A DNA stretch of 64,000 nucleotides from NCBI GenBank assembly GCA_963724765.1, contig CAVRVY010000001.1, positions 1,184,001 to 1,248,000 of the forward strand. The letters are read 5' to 3'. Shown here piece after piece: positions 1-9,813 of this stretch. This DNA is from an uncultured delta proteobacterium (GTDB lineage: Bacteria > Desulfobacterota > Binatia > Binatales > Binataceae). Position 1 is the stretch's first letter, and each line of letters begins with the position of its first letter. A program made the translations under genes and the position numbers. Below the pieces are notes generated by a model. It was not told where the DNA came from and did not search any database. It saw only the letters and a list, made by a program, of their open reading frames with translations.

Positions 1-331
1 CCTCTTCAGCCTTGGCCACCGTGCCGGAGCAGGTCAGCACGTCGCCTGGAATCGCGATCCCGCGGTTCTGCCATCGGAACCTGAGCACCCGCGCGCGCGG
101 TCCGGCCCAGTCGGCGACCGCCTGGTAGAGGAAGCTTCCGTGCAGATGGGCCTGCACTAGGACGTCTGGGTAGCCCTCGGTAGCCGCGTAGGGTTTGTCG
201 AAGTGAATCCGATGCGCGTTCCAGGTCACCGCGCTAAAGCGGAAAAGCTGAACTGTGGTCGGCCGCTTCACCAGCGGCGTGAGCGCGGCGCCGATCTTTA
301 CGTTCTCGAAGCAAAGCTGATGGCCATGCAT
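1..331 (-). CDS. MaoC-family (hotdog) dehydratase, truncated by window edge
   Basis: Manual translation of the minus strand: MHGHQLCFENVKIGAALTPLVKRPTTVQLFRFSAVTWNAHRIHFDKPYAATEGYPDVLVQAHLHG..., which has the MaoC N-x-H-x-I-H-x-D motif. GGAG lies upstream of the ATG at 331; an alternative in-frame ATG is at 346. Confidence 0.85.
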   Translation of the reverse strand, partial: MHGHQLCFENVKIGAALTPLVKRPTTVQLFRFSAVTWNAHRIHFDKPYAATEGYPDVLVQAHLHGSFLYQAVADWAGPRARVLRFRWQNRGIAIPGDVLTCSGTVAKAEE

Positions 332-348
332 GGTAGGGCTCTCCATGG

Positions 349-852
349 TCAGCGCGCGATAAAAGTTTCGCGGCAGGTCACGAGCGGACGGTCGGCAGCG
401 TCGCGATAAATTTGCGTGACCTTGATCAGAAGCAGATCGCCGGAGCGTCCCTGCTTCAACTCGACGCCTTCCAGCCGCAATTCCATCGACACCCGCGTAC
501 CGTCGGTCACCGGCGCGTGCAGCTCCAGGTCCTGGCCGCCGCCCATGATGCGCATTCCTTCCAGCGGCAGGAATGCGAACTCGTGGCTGGTGGTGCCATC
601 GGGGCGCAGCGAATCCTGCGGCGGTCCGGCCTGCCAATTGCGCACCGAACTCAGAAACAGTGGCGGTGCGACGGCGTCGATGTAGCCGGCGGCCTTGGCT
701 GACTCGGCCTCGAAGAACACCGGGTTGAGGTTGTCGGCGGCCACGGCGAAGCGCTGGAAGGCTTCCTTGCGAATAATGCCGAGGTCGGCCCTTTCGCTCC
801 GCCCCACGTAACGTTTGAGTTCTTCGCAAAGATCAGGAATCGAGACGCTCAT
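349..852 (-). CDS. MaoC dehydratase N-terminal-like (FAS1/HadA-type) hotdog protein
   Basis: RFAVAADNLNPVFF..AKAAGY..VAPP and MGGGQDLELHAPV motifs; adjacent to the MaoC partner. Confidence 0.8.
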   Translation of the reverse strand: MSVSIPDLCEELKRYVGRSERADLGIIRKEAFQRFAVAADNLNPVFFEAESAKAAGYIDAVAPPLFLSSVRNWQAGPPQDSLRPDGTTSHEFAFLPLEGMRIMGGGQDLELHAPVTDGTRVSMELRLEGVELKQGRSGDLLLIKVTQIYRDAADRPLVTCRETFIAR

Positions 853-880
853 GAGCCGGGTCTCCTTTCAGTTACGCCAT

Positions 881-2026
881 TCAGTCTCGCGATGACTGGC
901 CGAGCATGTTTCGCGCGATCATCCAGCGATGGATTTCGGCGGTGCCGTGGCCGATTCGCCACACGCGCACCTGGCGGAAGAAACTCTGGATCGGCAATTC
1001 GCGCGTGTAGCCGAGGCCGCCGAAAATCTGGATGCAGCGGTCGGTGACGCGCTGCGCCATCTCGGTCGCGTAGAGCTTGGCGATGAAGGCCTCGTTGCGG
1101 ATTTTTTGCTTGGCGTCGGCCATCCAGCCGGCCCGGTAAACCAGCAGCCGCGCCGCCTCCAGCTCGACCTCCGAGTCGGCCAGCATCCACTGGATCGCCT
1201 GCCGGCTGGCGATCGGTTTGCCCCAGGTGGTGCGCTGCTTGGCCCATTCGACCGCGAGATCGATCGAGCGCTGAGCGATGCCGAGCTGGAATGCGCCGAT
1301 CTTCAGCCGCCCGTGAGTGAGCTGGTAATCCGCCACCGCGAAGCCGCCGTCGGCTTCGCCCAATCGGTTCGCGTCGGGAACGACGCAATCGGTGAATTGC
1401 AGCTCATGGGGGTCCCAATTGTCGCCCATCGTGGGAATCTCGCGCGCGATTTTGAAGCCCGGCGTGCCCATCTCGACCAGGAAGCAGGTGATTCCTCTCG
1501 ATCCGGCCTTAGGATTGGAGGTCGTGAACAGGATGACAAAGTCGGCGCCCTCGACGTACGAGATGAAGGTTTTGGTGCCGTTGATGATCCATCGATCTCC
1601 GTCGCGGACGGCGGCGGTGCGGATGCGCGCGAAATCCGATCCGGCGTCGGGCTCAGTGAAGGCGTAGCAACTATGCTTTTCGCCGTTGATGATCGGATAA
1701 AAGAACCGCTGCTTTTGCTCGTCGTTGCACAGGTAGAGCGCCGGCTCCGGGCTCCCACCGAATTCGAACATCGCGGGATGCTTGAACAGCTCCTCGTTGA
1801 TGAGACACATCGCGAGCTGGCCCACGTCGAGTCCGCCGTACTCAGCCGGCACTTCGAGTGCCCAGAACCCGGCCTCGCGCCCCTTGCGCTCGAGAGCGTG
1901 GCGGACCTCGATATCGAGTTTGCCCTTGATCAGGAATTCCTTCTCTAGGGGCATCAGCTCCTTTTCGCGGAACTGGCGAACACTGTCGACCATCATGCGA
2001 TGCTCTTCGGTAATTGCGAAATCCAT
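881..2026 (-). CDS. Acyl-CoA dehydrogenase
   Basis: FTEPDAGSD, WIINGTKTFIS, QIFGGLGY and RIGHGTAEI motifs. Start moved to MDFAITEEH, which follows GGGGAGGAG. Confidence 0.95.
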   Translation of the reverse strand: MDFAITEEHRMMVDSVRQFREKELMPLEKEFLIKGKLDIEVRHALERKGREAGFWALEVPAEYGGLDVGQLAMCLINEELFKHPAMFEFGGSPEPALYLCNDEQKQRFFYPIINGEKHSCYAFTEPDAGSDFARIRTAAVRDGDRWIINGTKTFISYVEGADFVILFTTSNPKAGSRGITCFLVEMGTPGFKIAREIPTMGDNWDPHELQFTDCVVPDANRLGEADGGFAVADYQLTHGRLKIGAFQLGIAQRSIDLAVEWAKQRTTWGKPIASRQAIQWMLADSEVELEAARLLVYRAGWMADAKQKIRNEAFIAKLYATEMAQRVTDRCIQIFGGLGYTRELPIQSFFRQVRVWRIGHGTAEIHRWMIARNMLGQSSRD

Positions 2027-2171
2027 ATGCTCCTCCCCATTTGATATGGGTGACGAATATTGAGCGCGGCGAGAGCTTTTTGGCAAGCGGAATTGCCTTG
2101 AGCAAAACCCGCAAGTTCGCCATCCTGAAGGCGCGCAGAGCAGGGCACTCGAGAAAAACGGGAGAAACAAG

Positions 2172-2957
2172 ATGACGGAATCGAGATATGGCGATGTGTC
2201 GGTCGCGGTGAAGGATTACGTGGGATGCGTCGAGATGCACCGGCCGCCGCACAATTTTTTTGACGTTCAGCTCATCCGCGACCTTGCCAATGCGTTCAAC
2301 GCACTGGATGAAGATCCCGCCTGCCGCGCGTCGGTGCTATGCGCCGAAGGCAGGTCGTTCTGCGCCGGCGCCAACTTCGCGAATCGCGCCGCGACCGGAG
2401 TCGAAGCCGGCACCGAGAAGCGCAACCCGCTTTATTCCGAGGCGGTGCGGCTCTTCAGTTCCAGGAAGCCGATGGTGGGAGCAATCCAGGGACCGGCAAT
2501 CGGCGGCGGCCTCGGACTAGCGCTGGTGCCGGACTTCCGGGTCACTTCGCCCGAGGCGCGTTTCGCCGCGAACTTCGTCAAAATCGGATTCCATCCGGGC
2601 TTCGGACTCACCTACACCCTGCCGCGGCTGATCGGAGTCCAGAGAGCCAATCTGCTGTTTCTTACGGGCCGGCGTATCAATGGCGAGGAGGCGTTCGCGT
2701 GGGGGCTCGCCGACGTATTGGTCGCGCCGGAGCGCCTGCGCGAGGCGGCGATGAAGCTTGCGGCCGAGATTGCCGAGAACGCACCGCTGGCCGTGAACTC
2801 GACCCGCGCCACGGTCCGCCGGGGACTGGCTGAGGCCGTGCGAGCGCAGACCGATATCGAGTTCGTCGAGCAGGATTGGCTGATGCGCACCGAGGACCAT
2901 CGCGAGGGTATCAAGGCGGTTGCCGAACGGCGCCCCGGCAACTTCATCGGAAAGTAA
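2172..2957 (+). CDS. Enoyl-CoA hydratase/isomerase (crotonase) family
   Basis: SFCAGANF, KPMVGAIQGPAIGGGLGLAL and GFHPGFG motifs. Confidence 0.93.
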   Translation: MTESRYGDVSVAVKDYVGCVEMHRPPHNFFDVQLIRDLANAFNALDEDPACRASVLCAEGRSFCAGANFANRAATGVEAGTEKRNPLYSEAVRLFSSRKPMVGAIQGPAIGGGLGLALVPDFRVTSPEARFAANFVKIGFHPGFGLTYTLPRLIGVQRANLLFLTGRRINGEEAFAWGLADVLVAPERLREAAMKLAAEIAENAPLAVNSTRATVRRGLAEAVRAQTDIEFVEQDWLMRTEDHREGIKAVAERRPGNFIGK

Positions 2958-2991
2958 GGGGAAAGTCCGGGCAGACGCAGTGGCCGGGCAG

Positions 2992-4968
2992 CTAACGGCC
3001 CACCGACGACGCCGCCGCGGCATTGAGGTAGCGCTCCACATCTTCGGCCAGCAGCAGCCGTTCGTTTTGCAGCTCGGCAGCGGCGCGTGCGACGGCATTG
3101 ACGTATTGCTCATGGCTGGGATAGCGCTCTTCGAGGGAGAGCCGCGGATCGCCCGTTTCACGACGTTCCTTTGCGGTAGCCGCGAATGGAATGTAGAAAC
3201 CCACCACCATCAAGGCCCCCTCGGCGAAGCCCGCGCTCCGTATATTCCAACCGGTCCGCGTACCCAGCGGCACGGCGATGTCGGGCAGGCGTATTCCCGC
3301 GATCTCGTTGCCGTCCGCGTCGACCTTGGGTACCAGGACCGGGTAGTCGCGGCCGGGAATCGGCCTGGGCGGCTGCTGGCTGTAGTCGAGGTCGCACAAG
3401 CCGTTGAAGAGTCCCGTGTAGTGCAGGCCCGGAATATCGGGATATTCCAGTCCCGTCCCATCCGATGGAGGCACAAGCGTTCCCTCACCGGAGCGCGGAA
3501 ACCGGCTTGCCGGCGGCGGCGTTCCGCGGCTGACCCATTCCTGCAGCGCCACTAACAACGCTCGATTCAAAGAACTGTAGTTGAGACGATTAAGCGGGTA
3601 AGCGTGGTTCTGGAAAAACATCCCGCTGTGCATCAACATCGCAGTTCCTGCGTGCTGCGTACCGGCGAACAAATAAAGACGGACCTGATCGGGCAGCGCT
3701 ATATCCTTGCCGCTTTCGTCGCTAACGAGCAGAGAGCCGCGCCCTTGCCAGAACTCGGTGCTGGAATCGACGTGCATGATCTTGGGACAGGTGTTGGAAG
3801 CCAGGCAGCGGGCCAGAATGCCATCGGTCTTTGCGCTAATCGGATCAAAGCGAGTCGCATAGGTAAATGGGAACTGATCGCCGGGAAACAGATGGTCTTC
3901 GTGCTGCCGATTAAATCGCCCTGGCTGGGAAAACGGGGAGTTGAGGAAAATTCGCCGAGAGCCCGCGAGGCTGGCGTACACTGCGTCGAAAACCCGGCGG
4001 CCCCCCGGCTCCTGATTGAATCCCAGACGCAGGAACTCGCGCAGGAAGCGCCCCGGCTGCGATCTCCCATGGGCCACGGCGCTATCGATAGCGGGGCCGC
4101 TCGTATCGAGATTGAGCGGGTTGGGCCGCCCGCTATCGTCGGCCGCCGCATAGCGCATGAACGCTACCAGGTCGCGGACGGCGGCGAATCCGAGGCCCAT
4201 CACGAGCGGGTCGCGAGCGGGGTAGATGAACTCGTATATGGCGCCCGCGTCAAAGCCATCAGCCAGCATGATCTCGAGCCTGGTCGGTGAGAGGTAACGC
4301 CATTGCCGCGGTGGAACCGGGACCCGCGGGTCTTTCTCGTATTGTCGGACCGTAAGTGTCGCAGGGCTCTGCTCCAGGGTATTGGCAGGATAAGTGAGCG
4401 GCGCGATTACGGAGCCCCCGCTCTGACCGAAGACGAATTCCTCTCTCGATTTTTCGACGATCGGAGTTCCATTGTTGGTCGCAACCGGAAAGCCCGCGAG
4501 CATATGGCCTTCTTCGGGCGCTACATCTCCTTGCCACGCGCTGAACAGGATCACGTAGCCCTGTCGCATCAGGAAGCCGTTGCCGGCATCCGCAGCCGTC
4601 GCCAGAACGTTCGAACCGGGGCCCTTCGGCGCGTCGTTCATGTCGACCAGGGCAAGCTTATCGCCGCGATTGGGCGCGTCGTATAGAAGGTGAAGATTGC
4701 TTTTGCGGATATCGACCGGTTTCAACAGACAGAAATCCACCCAGTATTCGACCCGGCCGGCGGCGTTCCGGGGCGCGTTGCCAAGGTTGACGATTTCAGC
4801 ATTGAGCGGATGGGATGGATCAATTTCGCCGAATGCTCGGCCTACGATCTTTTCGTAAGGTCCGACACCGCCGAATGACATCCCATCAAAAGCGCTTTCG
4901 ACGCGGCCGATCTCTATTTTCACACGTGCCCCCGCAAGCGTTGCACTTACGCGCAAGCGGCGTACCAT
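2992..4968 (-). CDS. Alpha/beta hydrolase domain protein (tannase-like, Abhydrolase_10 type); start uncertain
   Basis: FGGVGPYEK, PNRG, GLGFAAVRD, GRSQPGRFLR, STEFWQ, GTQH, VDADGNE and DPRLSLEERY motifs typical of this family. Confidence 0.8.
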   Translation of the reverse strand: MVRRLRVSATLAGARVKIEIGRVESAFDGMSFGGVGPYEKIVGRAFGEIDPSHPLNAEIVNLGNAPRNAAGRVEYWVDFCLLKPVDIRKSNLHLLYDAPNRGDKLALVDMNDAPKGPGSNVLATAADAGNGFLMRQGYVILFSAWQGDVAPEEGHMLAGFPVATNNGTPIVEKSREEFVFGQSGGSVIAPLTYPANTLEQSPATLTVRQYEKDPRVPVPPRQWRYLSPTRLEIMLADGFDAGAIYEFIYPARDPLVMGLGFAAVRDLVAFMRYAAADDSGRPNPLNLDTSGPAIDSAVAHGRSQPGRFLREFLRLGFNQEPGGRRVFDAVYASLAGSRRIFLNSPFSQPGRFNRQHEDHLFPGDQFPFTYATRFDPISAKTDGILARCLASNTCPKIMHVDSSTEFWQGRGSLLVSDESGKDIALPDQVRLYLFAGTQHAGTAMLMHSGMFFQNHAYPLNRLNYSSLNRALLVALQEWVSRGTPPPASRFPRSGEGTLVPPSDGTGLEYPDIPGLHYTGLFNGLCDLDYSQQPPRPIPGRDYPVLVPKVDADGNEIAGIRLPDIAVPLGTRTGWNIRSAGFAEGALMVVGFYIPFAATAKERRETGDPRLSLEERYPSHEQYVNAVARAAAELQNERLLLAEDVERYLNAAAASSVGR

Positions 4969-5122
4969 AACACATTTTCGCCGAGGATTGGTTAGTGCGT
5001 GGGCCGCTCCGTCTCAAACTGGCCGCGCAGGCATGCATGATCGTGATTGAAAGTCGGATCGGAATATGGTGTCATTCGCGCCATAGCCAATAGTCGATCG
5101 GGCGACACGGAGGAGGAACGAG

Positions 5123-6367
5123 ATGGCGACTCCAAAGGTCATCGTCCAGCTGTATCCAGTACTGCCTGCCGAGGACCGCGCGGATCGTGAACGCAGGCGC
5201 CCGCTCGGACGCAACAGCGAGCTCTATCACCGCGTGCTCCATGAATCGCTCGGTCTCGTCAAAGCGATTGACGAAATGGGCGTTTGGGGCATCAGCACCA
5301 TCGAGCATCATCTCCATTCCGAGGGCTATGAACTCGGGCCCAATCCGGGTGTGCTGAACGCATGGTGGGCCAGCCAGGTGAAGCGCGCGTACCTGGGCGC
5401 GCTGGGCTACGTCATGGCGACCCGCGACCCCATCCGCGTCGCCGAGGAAACTGCCATCCTCGACCACATGACCAACGGCCGCTTCTTCGTGGGCGTGACC
5501 CGCGGCTACCAGGCACGCTGGACCAATATCCTCGGCCAGCATATCAATGCCGTTGCGACGCTTTCTGATGGCAGCGCGGATGACGTGAAGAACCGTGAGC
5601 TCTTTGAAGAGCGCACCCTGATGCTACTGAAGTGCTGGGAGCAGGACTCGATCGAAGTCAAACAACCCCATTACGAGATTCCCTATCCGTATGAGACCGG
5701 CGTACGGGGTTATCCGGCGTGGAAGAGCGCACAGACCGCCGGCGCTGCAGGTGAAGTCGGACCCGACGGCAGCATCAGGCGAGTGAGCGTGGTGCCAAGT
5801 CCCTACACGCGGCCACATCCTCCGGTCTTCGCCGCGATGAGCGGCAGCGCGAGCTCGATCCCGTTCCTGGCTCGCCATGGCTTCCGGCCGACTTACTTCA
5901 CCGGCCTCGACAACGTGCTTCAGTTGGCACAGATTTACGCCGCTGAGGCGCAGGCCGCCGGATTGCCATTCACCCTGGGACAACGGCAAAACATCGTGCG
6001 TTGGATTCATGTCGGCCGAAACGAGCAGGAATTCAATGACAAATTGATGAGCTACGATTACGAGATGTATGCGCACTTCTACACCGCGTTCTTTTCCAAG
6101 CTGGTGCAGTACACCGATGTGGCGGCCACCCTGCAGGGCATGAAAGATAGTGGCATCTTCCTGGGTGGTACGGTGGAGCAGCTAAAGCAGCAGTGGCGTC
6201 ATATCTACGCCACCCTGCCCGCCGAATACATCACACTCATCTGGCATTACGCACAGTGCCCCAAAGAGGTAGTGCTCGATGAGCTCGACACGTTCATGAC
6301 CAAGGTGCTTCCCGAGCTCGACGCGCCATCGTCAACCGAACATATTGCCGAGGCTCATGCGCCATGA
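5123..6367 (+). CDS. LLM-class flavin-dependent oxidoreductase (luciferase-like)
   Basis: EHHLHSEG, DPIRVAEETAILDHMTNGR and PSPYTRPHPP motifs; GGAGGAGG RBS. Confidence 0.9.
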   Translation: MATPKVIVQLYPVLPAEDRADRERRRPLGRNSELYHRVLHESLGLVKAIDEMGVWGISTIEHHLHSEGYELGPNPGVLNAWWASQVKRAYLGALGYVMATRDPIRVAEETAILDHMTNGRFFVGVTRGYQARWTNILGQHINAVATLSDGSADDVKNRELFEERTLMLLKCWEQDSIEVKQPHYEIPYPYETGVRGYPAWKSAQTAGAAGEVGPDGSIRRVSVVPSPYTRPHPPVFAAMSGSASSIPFLARHGFRPTYFTGLDNVLQLAQIYAAEAQAAGLPFTLGQRQNIVRWIHVGRNEQEFNDKLMSYDYEMYAHFYTAFFSKLVQYTDVAATLQGMKDSGIFLGGTVEQLKQQWRHIYATLPAEYITLIWHYAQCPKEVVLDELDTFMTKVLPELDAPSSTEHIAEAHAP

Positions 6368-6455
6368 TCCATGGCCGGCGGCGCACTCCAAGCGCGATTC
6401 TGGTTGTGGGCCCTCAAAATTTACGACGTTCCCTTCAACGTGGGGAATCGGCGCG

Positions 6456-7625
6456 CTAGGATTCGCAACCGTACACGCGCATCACGTTGTCGCCCAGCAC
6501 CTTGCGCCGCGCTCCGTCGCTGAGCTTGGCGGCCATCTCTTCCAGCTCTTCGATATAGCCGCCGGTGTGGTCGGGATGAGGAAAATCGGAAGCCCAGAAA
6601 AACTTGTCCTCGCCGCATAGCTCGACCATCGCGGGCAACGCGTGTTCGTCAGGATCGGCGGAGACCCAGCATTGTCGCTGGAAGTATTCGCTCGGCTTGT
6701 GGAGCAGCGGTATCGCGCGTCCGACCAGCGTCTCGTACACCGCGTCGAGCCGGTCGAGCCAGTAACTCACCCATCCGCCGCCGACTTCGAGCACCACCAG
6801 CTTGAGGCGGGGGAACCGGTCGAAAGTGCCGAAATGAAAAAAGCTGGTGAAGGCGTGGCGAATGGCGTCCGAGGCGGTGACGTTGAGGAACATCGGATGC
6901 TCGCGCACGTATTTGTAATCGTACCGGCCGGGCAGCGCCCATACGGGCTCAAGCGTCGGATGAAGTCCGAAGGGGACACCGAGGTCCTGCGCTCTGGCGA
7001 AGAGCACGTCGTGATCGGGATGGGCGTGCGGTTTGTGGGTCATGGTGAATTGCGCGACCCACGCGCCTTTGCATCCGTCGCGCACCGCGCGCTCCAACTC
7101 GTTGGCGGCGGCCTCGGGGTCGCCGAGCGAGAGATGGGCGATCGGCACCAGGCGTCCGCCGCTGTCGGCGCAGAAATCGACGATCCAGCGGTTGTAGGCT
7201 CGCGTGTAAGCCTGCGCCAACTCGACGTCCTCGCACTCGGTCTCCCAGAACAGACTCAAGGTTGGATAGAGAAAGGCGGCTCGCAGACCCTCGAGGTCGA
7301 GCCGCGTCACGCGGTCGCGCGCGTCGAACGCGCCGAGCGGAGGATCGTCGCCATAGCTAAGCCGCTCGATTTCGCGATGCTGGTCGCGCGGCGTGCCCAT
7401 CGAGCACATGCGCGCGAACACCGGCCCGCGGGTGATTTTCGAAGGCCGTCCCGCGATTTCCAGGTACTGCGTGCCGCGATCGTCGCGCTTGATCCGCAGC
7501 GCCATCGGCTTGTACTTCGCCTCCAGGTAGTTCTCCCACAGGTCCGCCGCCTCCAGGATATGCCCGTCGGCGTCGACCGCGCCCTCGAAGCGAAGCTTGC
7601 GAATCCGATCGTACTTTGCCGCCAT
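6456..7625 (-). CDS. Amidohydrolase_2 family metallo-hydrolase
   Basis: DADGH, LYPT, AYNRWIVDFC, LEVGGGW and WASDFPHPD motifs. Confidence 0.92.
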   Translation of the reverse strand: MAAKYDRIRKLRFEGAVDADGHILEAADLWENYLEAKYKPMALRIKRDDRGTQYLEIAGRPSKITRGPVFARMCSMGTPRDQHREIERLSYGDDPPLGAFDARDRVTRLDLEGLRAAFLYPTLSLFWETECEDVELAQAYTRAYNRWIVDFCADSGGRLVPIAHLSLGDPEAAANELERAVRDGCKGAWVAQFTMTHKPHAHPDHDVLFARAQDLGVPFGLHPTLEPVWALPGRYDYKYVREHPMFLNVTASDAIRHAFTSFFHFGTFDRFPRLKLVVLEVGGGWVSYWLDRLDAVYETLVGRAIPLLHKPSEYFQRQCWVSADPDEHALPAMVELCGEDKFFWASDFPHPDHTGGYIEELEEMAAKLSDGARRKVLGDNVMRVYGCES

Positions 7626-7691
7626 TTGATTGAGTCTCCCGCGCCTGGGCGCCGCTATCCAGCACGTCGCCTGGAGCCGTGGTTTGCGCCC

Positions 7692-8576
7692 TCAGAGTTC
7701 GAGCGCGCTGCCCGTGCCGACGGCGGTCTTGGTGCCGTCTGACTTCTCGCACCATACTTCGACTTCGGCCCGCGTGCGCGCGCCTTCGCGCCGATGCTCC
7801 AAAATGCGGCCGCGCGCGGCGCTGGTTTCGTTGGCCCACAGCACGTTGACCAGGCGCACATCGAAACGTCCGCCACACAGGAAGCCGACTCCGAACCGCC
7901 GCGTCATCATCGCGCCGGCCAGACATACCGACAGCATCCCCTGCACCACGATCTCCGGGAAGCCGAGCTCGCGCGCCGCTTCACGATCGGTGTGGTAGTT
8001 GCGCGCCGGCCCCGAGAACGCCATGCACATCGCTTCACTGACGTGAATCATCGGCGACTCGATAGGCTCGCCGCCACGCTCTCCGACCTTGAAGGTGCGA
8101 GCCGCATCGCGCTCGCGCGACTTATCGACCGCGAACGAACCGGCCGCATGCTCGGGGAGCAGGAAGCTCTGATGGGTGCGGCCGCGTGTCACCACCCGCC
8201 CGCTGGAGTCGAAGATCAGCGTCTCGTTGACCACATACTCGCGGTCGCGCTTGATGTAGCGCTCGACGATGACGGATCGCGAGTGCAGCCGATCGCCCAC
8301 CATCACTGGCGCGAGAAAGTCGAATTCCTGGCGCGCGTGCAGGTTGCCGTAGAGGTTGGGCAGGTACCAGTCATGCGTGTGGAAGACCGCCGAATGCACG
8401 ATCAGCGCCGGCGCCACCGGGCCGCCGAGCGGCGAGCGTCCGCGATACCACGGATTGTCGTCGCCGGTGCCCGCGATGTAGCGTTCGACCAGGTCTGGCG
8501 TGATTTCGTACTCGGCGCCACCATAATCGCGGCCTACATAGACCTCGCTCTCATTAAACACGTTCGTCGTTTCCAT
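7692..8576 (-). CDS. Double-hotdog MaoC-like dehydratase
   Basis: N-terminal GDDNPWY..PVAP/LHARQEFDF and C-terminal NYHTDREAARELGFPEIVVQGM. Confidence 0.85.
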   Translation of the reverse strand: METTNVFNESEVYVGRDYGGAEYEITPDLVERYIAGTGDDNPWYRGRSPLGGPVAPALIVHSAVFHTHDWYLPNLYGNLHARQEFDFLAPVMVGDRLHSRSVIVERYIKRDREYVVNETLIFDSSGRVVTRGRTHQSFLLPEHAAGSFAVDKSRERDAARTFKVGERGGEPIESPMIHVSEAMCMAFSGPARNYHTDREAARELGFPEIVVQGMLSVCLAGAMMTRRFGVGFLCGGRFDVRLVNVLWANETSAARGRILEHRREGARTRAEVEVWCEKSDGTKTAVGTGSALEL

Positions 8577-8597
8577 CGCGCTCCGCCTCGCCGGACT

Positions 8598-8996
8598 TCA
8601 GGCTTTTTTGATCTTTTTCTTCAGCCGCTCGTCGAACTTCGCGCGATCGGCCACCGCGCGGCTGTGCGTGCCGGTGCCGATCTCGTCCATTTCGTCTGTC
8701 GCGCGCACGCTGAACTCGACCCGCCGCCCCTCGACCTTGGTCACCTCGGCGTAGGCGGTAACCTTGTGCCCTTCGGGCGTGGCGGCGAGATGCTGAACGT
8801 TGACCACGACGCCGACCGACATCTCGCCGGGCTCCATGTACGGCTGCATCGCGTCAATCGCCGCCAGCTCCATCATCAGGCTCATCACGCAGGTGGCCAT
8901 CACCGGCGGCAGCGACGGCTCCATCGTGCCCGCCAGGTCCTTGTGTCCTACCGTCATACTGTAGCTGCCCTTGGTTCCCACCGGTATCGGTCGCAT
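8598..8996 (-). CDS. FlK-like (fluoroacetyl-CoA-type) thioesterase
   Basis: VMAT..MME.AA and SVG..VNVQHLAATP give the Thr/Glu/His triad pattern. Start at MRPIPVG after GGAGG. Confidence 0.88.
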   Translation of the reverse strand: MRPIPVGTKGSYSMTVGHKDLAGTMEPSLPPVMATCVMSLMMELAAIDAMQPYMEPGEMSVGVVVNVQHLAATPEGHKVTAYAEVTKVEGRRVEFSVRATDEMDEIGTGTHSRAVADRAKFDERLKKKIKKA

Positions 8997-9022
8997 CGTA
9001 ACCTCCGCCTCGATAGGTCTGT

Positions 9023-9646
9023 TTACGCGGCGCGCGTGCGCCCAAGCTTCATCTGGTCGAGTTTTTTTATCACCCACTCGACGCGATCGTTGCCCCAGAA
9101 CAGCTCGCCCGCCACGTTGAAGGTGGGCACGCCGAACACGCCGTCACGCTCAGCTTCGGCGGCCGCGGCGCGCAGATCGCTCGGGCCGTCGCCATCCGCG
9201 TAGCCCCGGAAGTCCGCGGCATCGAGGCCGACTTCGTCCATCACAGTGGCGAGCGCGTCGAAATTCTCCAGATCGAGCTCGCGCTCGAAGAAGCGCTCGA
9301 ACACCCGATCGGCGTATGGGCGAAAGCGGCCGTGACGATCGGCATACAGCCCGCTTATCAGCGCGAGCCGCGAGTCGAAAATCTTTTGCGGACCGCGGAT
9401 GATCATCCGACGTTCGTTGGCGAAGCGGCGCATGTCCATATAGAGATAGCGCACCTTGTCCCAATCGCGCTGCGCGCGCTGTTCGAGCTCGCCGCCATAC
9501 GCCTCACGTATCGCGAGCTCTAGCGGTATGAAGCGCAGACGCACGCGATGGGTGTCTTCGAGCTTGTACGCCGGCTCCATCGCGAGGTACGTGAACGGGC
9601 TCTTGAAGTCGTAATAAAGTTTTATCGTCTCAGCGGCATCGGCCAT
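9023..9646 (-). CDS. 2-hydroxychromene-2-carboxylate isomerase / GST-kappa (DSBA-like) protein
   Basis: YYDFKSPFTY, GVFGVPTF and LFWGNDR motifs. Start trimmed to MADAAET. Confidence 0.88.
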   Translation of the reverse strand: MADAAETIKLYYDFKSPFTYLAMEPAYKLEDTHRVRLRFIPLELAIREAYGGELEQRAQRDWDKVRYLYMDMRRFANERRMIIRGPQKIFDSRLALISGLYADRHGRFRPYADRVFERFFERELDLENFDALATVMDEVGLDAADFRGYADGDGPSDLRAAAAEAERDGVFGVPTFNVAGELFWGNDRVEWVIKKLDQMKLGRTRAA

Positions 9647-9813
9647 GGTGACCACCAAATAACTGGATAGCCTAAAAGCGCGCGACGAAAAAGCGCGACG
9701 CATCGCCGATGAACTGGCGTAATCGCTGTCCCCGCTCGATTCGCCCGGCGCTGGATGCGAAAATAGTCGTTCGGCAGGCTGCATCGTCAGGATGTTCTTT
9801 TAGGGAGCCCGCT

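Noticed and set aside
2081-2097. TGGC...TTGC sigma-54-like motif
   Set aside because: Spacing is 8 rather than 7 nt. The motif at 57842-57855 (minus strand) likewise has 6.
4050-4075. GRSQPG instead of the usual GxSQSG in the alpha/beta hydrolase
   Set aside because: The putative nucleophile Ser is retained; significance cannot be judged without an alignment.
7794-9203. 469-aa plus-strand ORF, and similar ones at 929, 6642, 18297, 20937 and 45947
   Set aside because: Each lies antisense to well-supported genes and has shadow-like composition.
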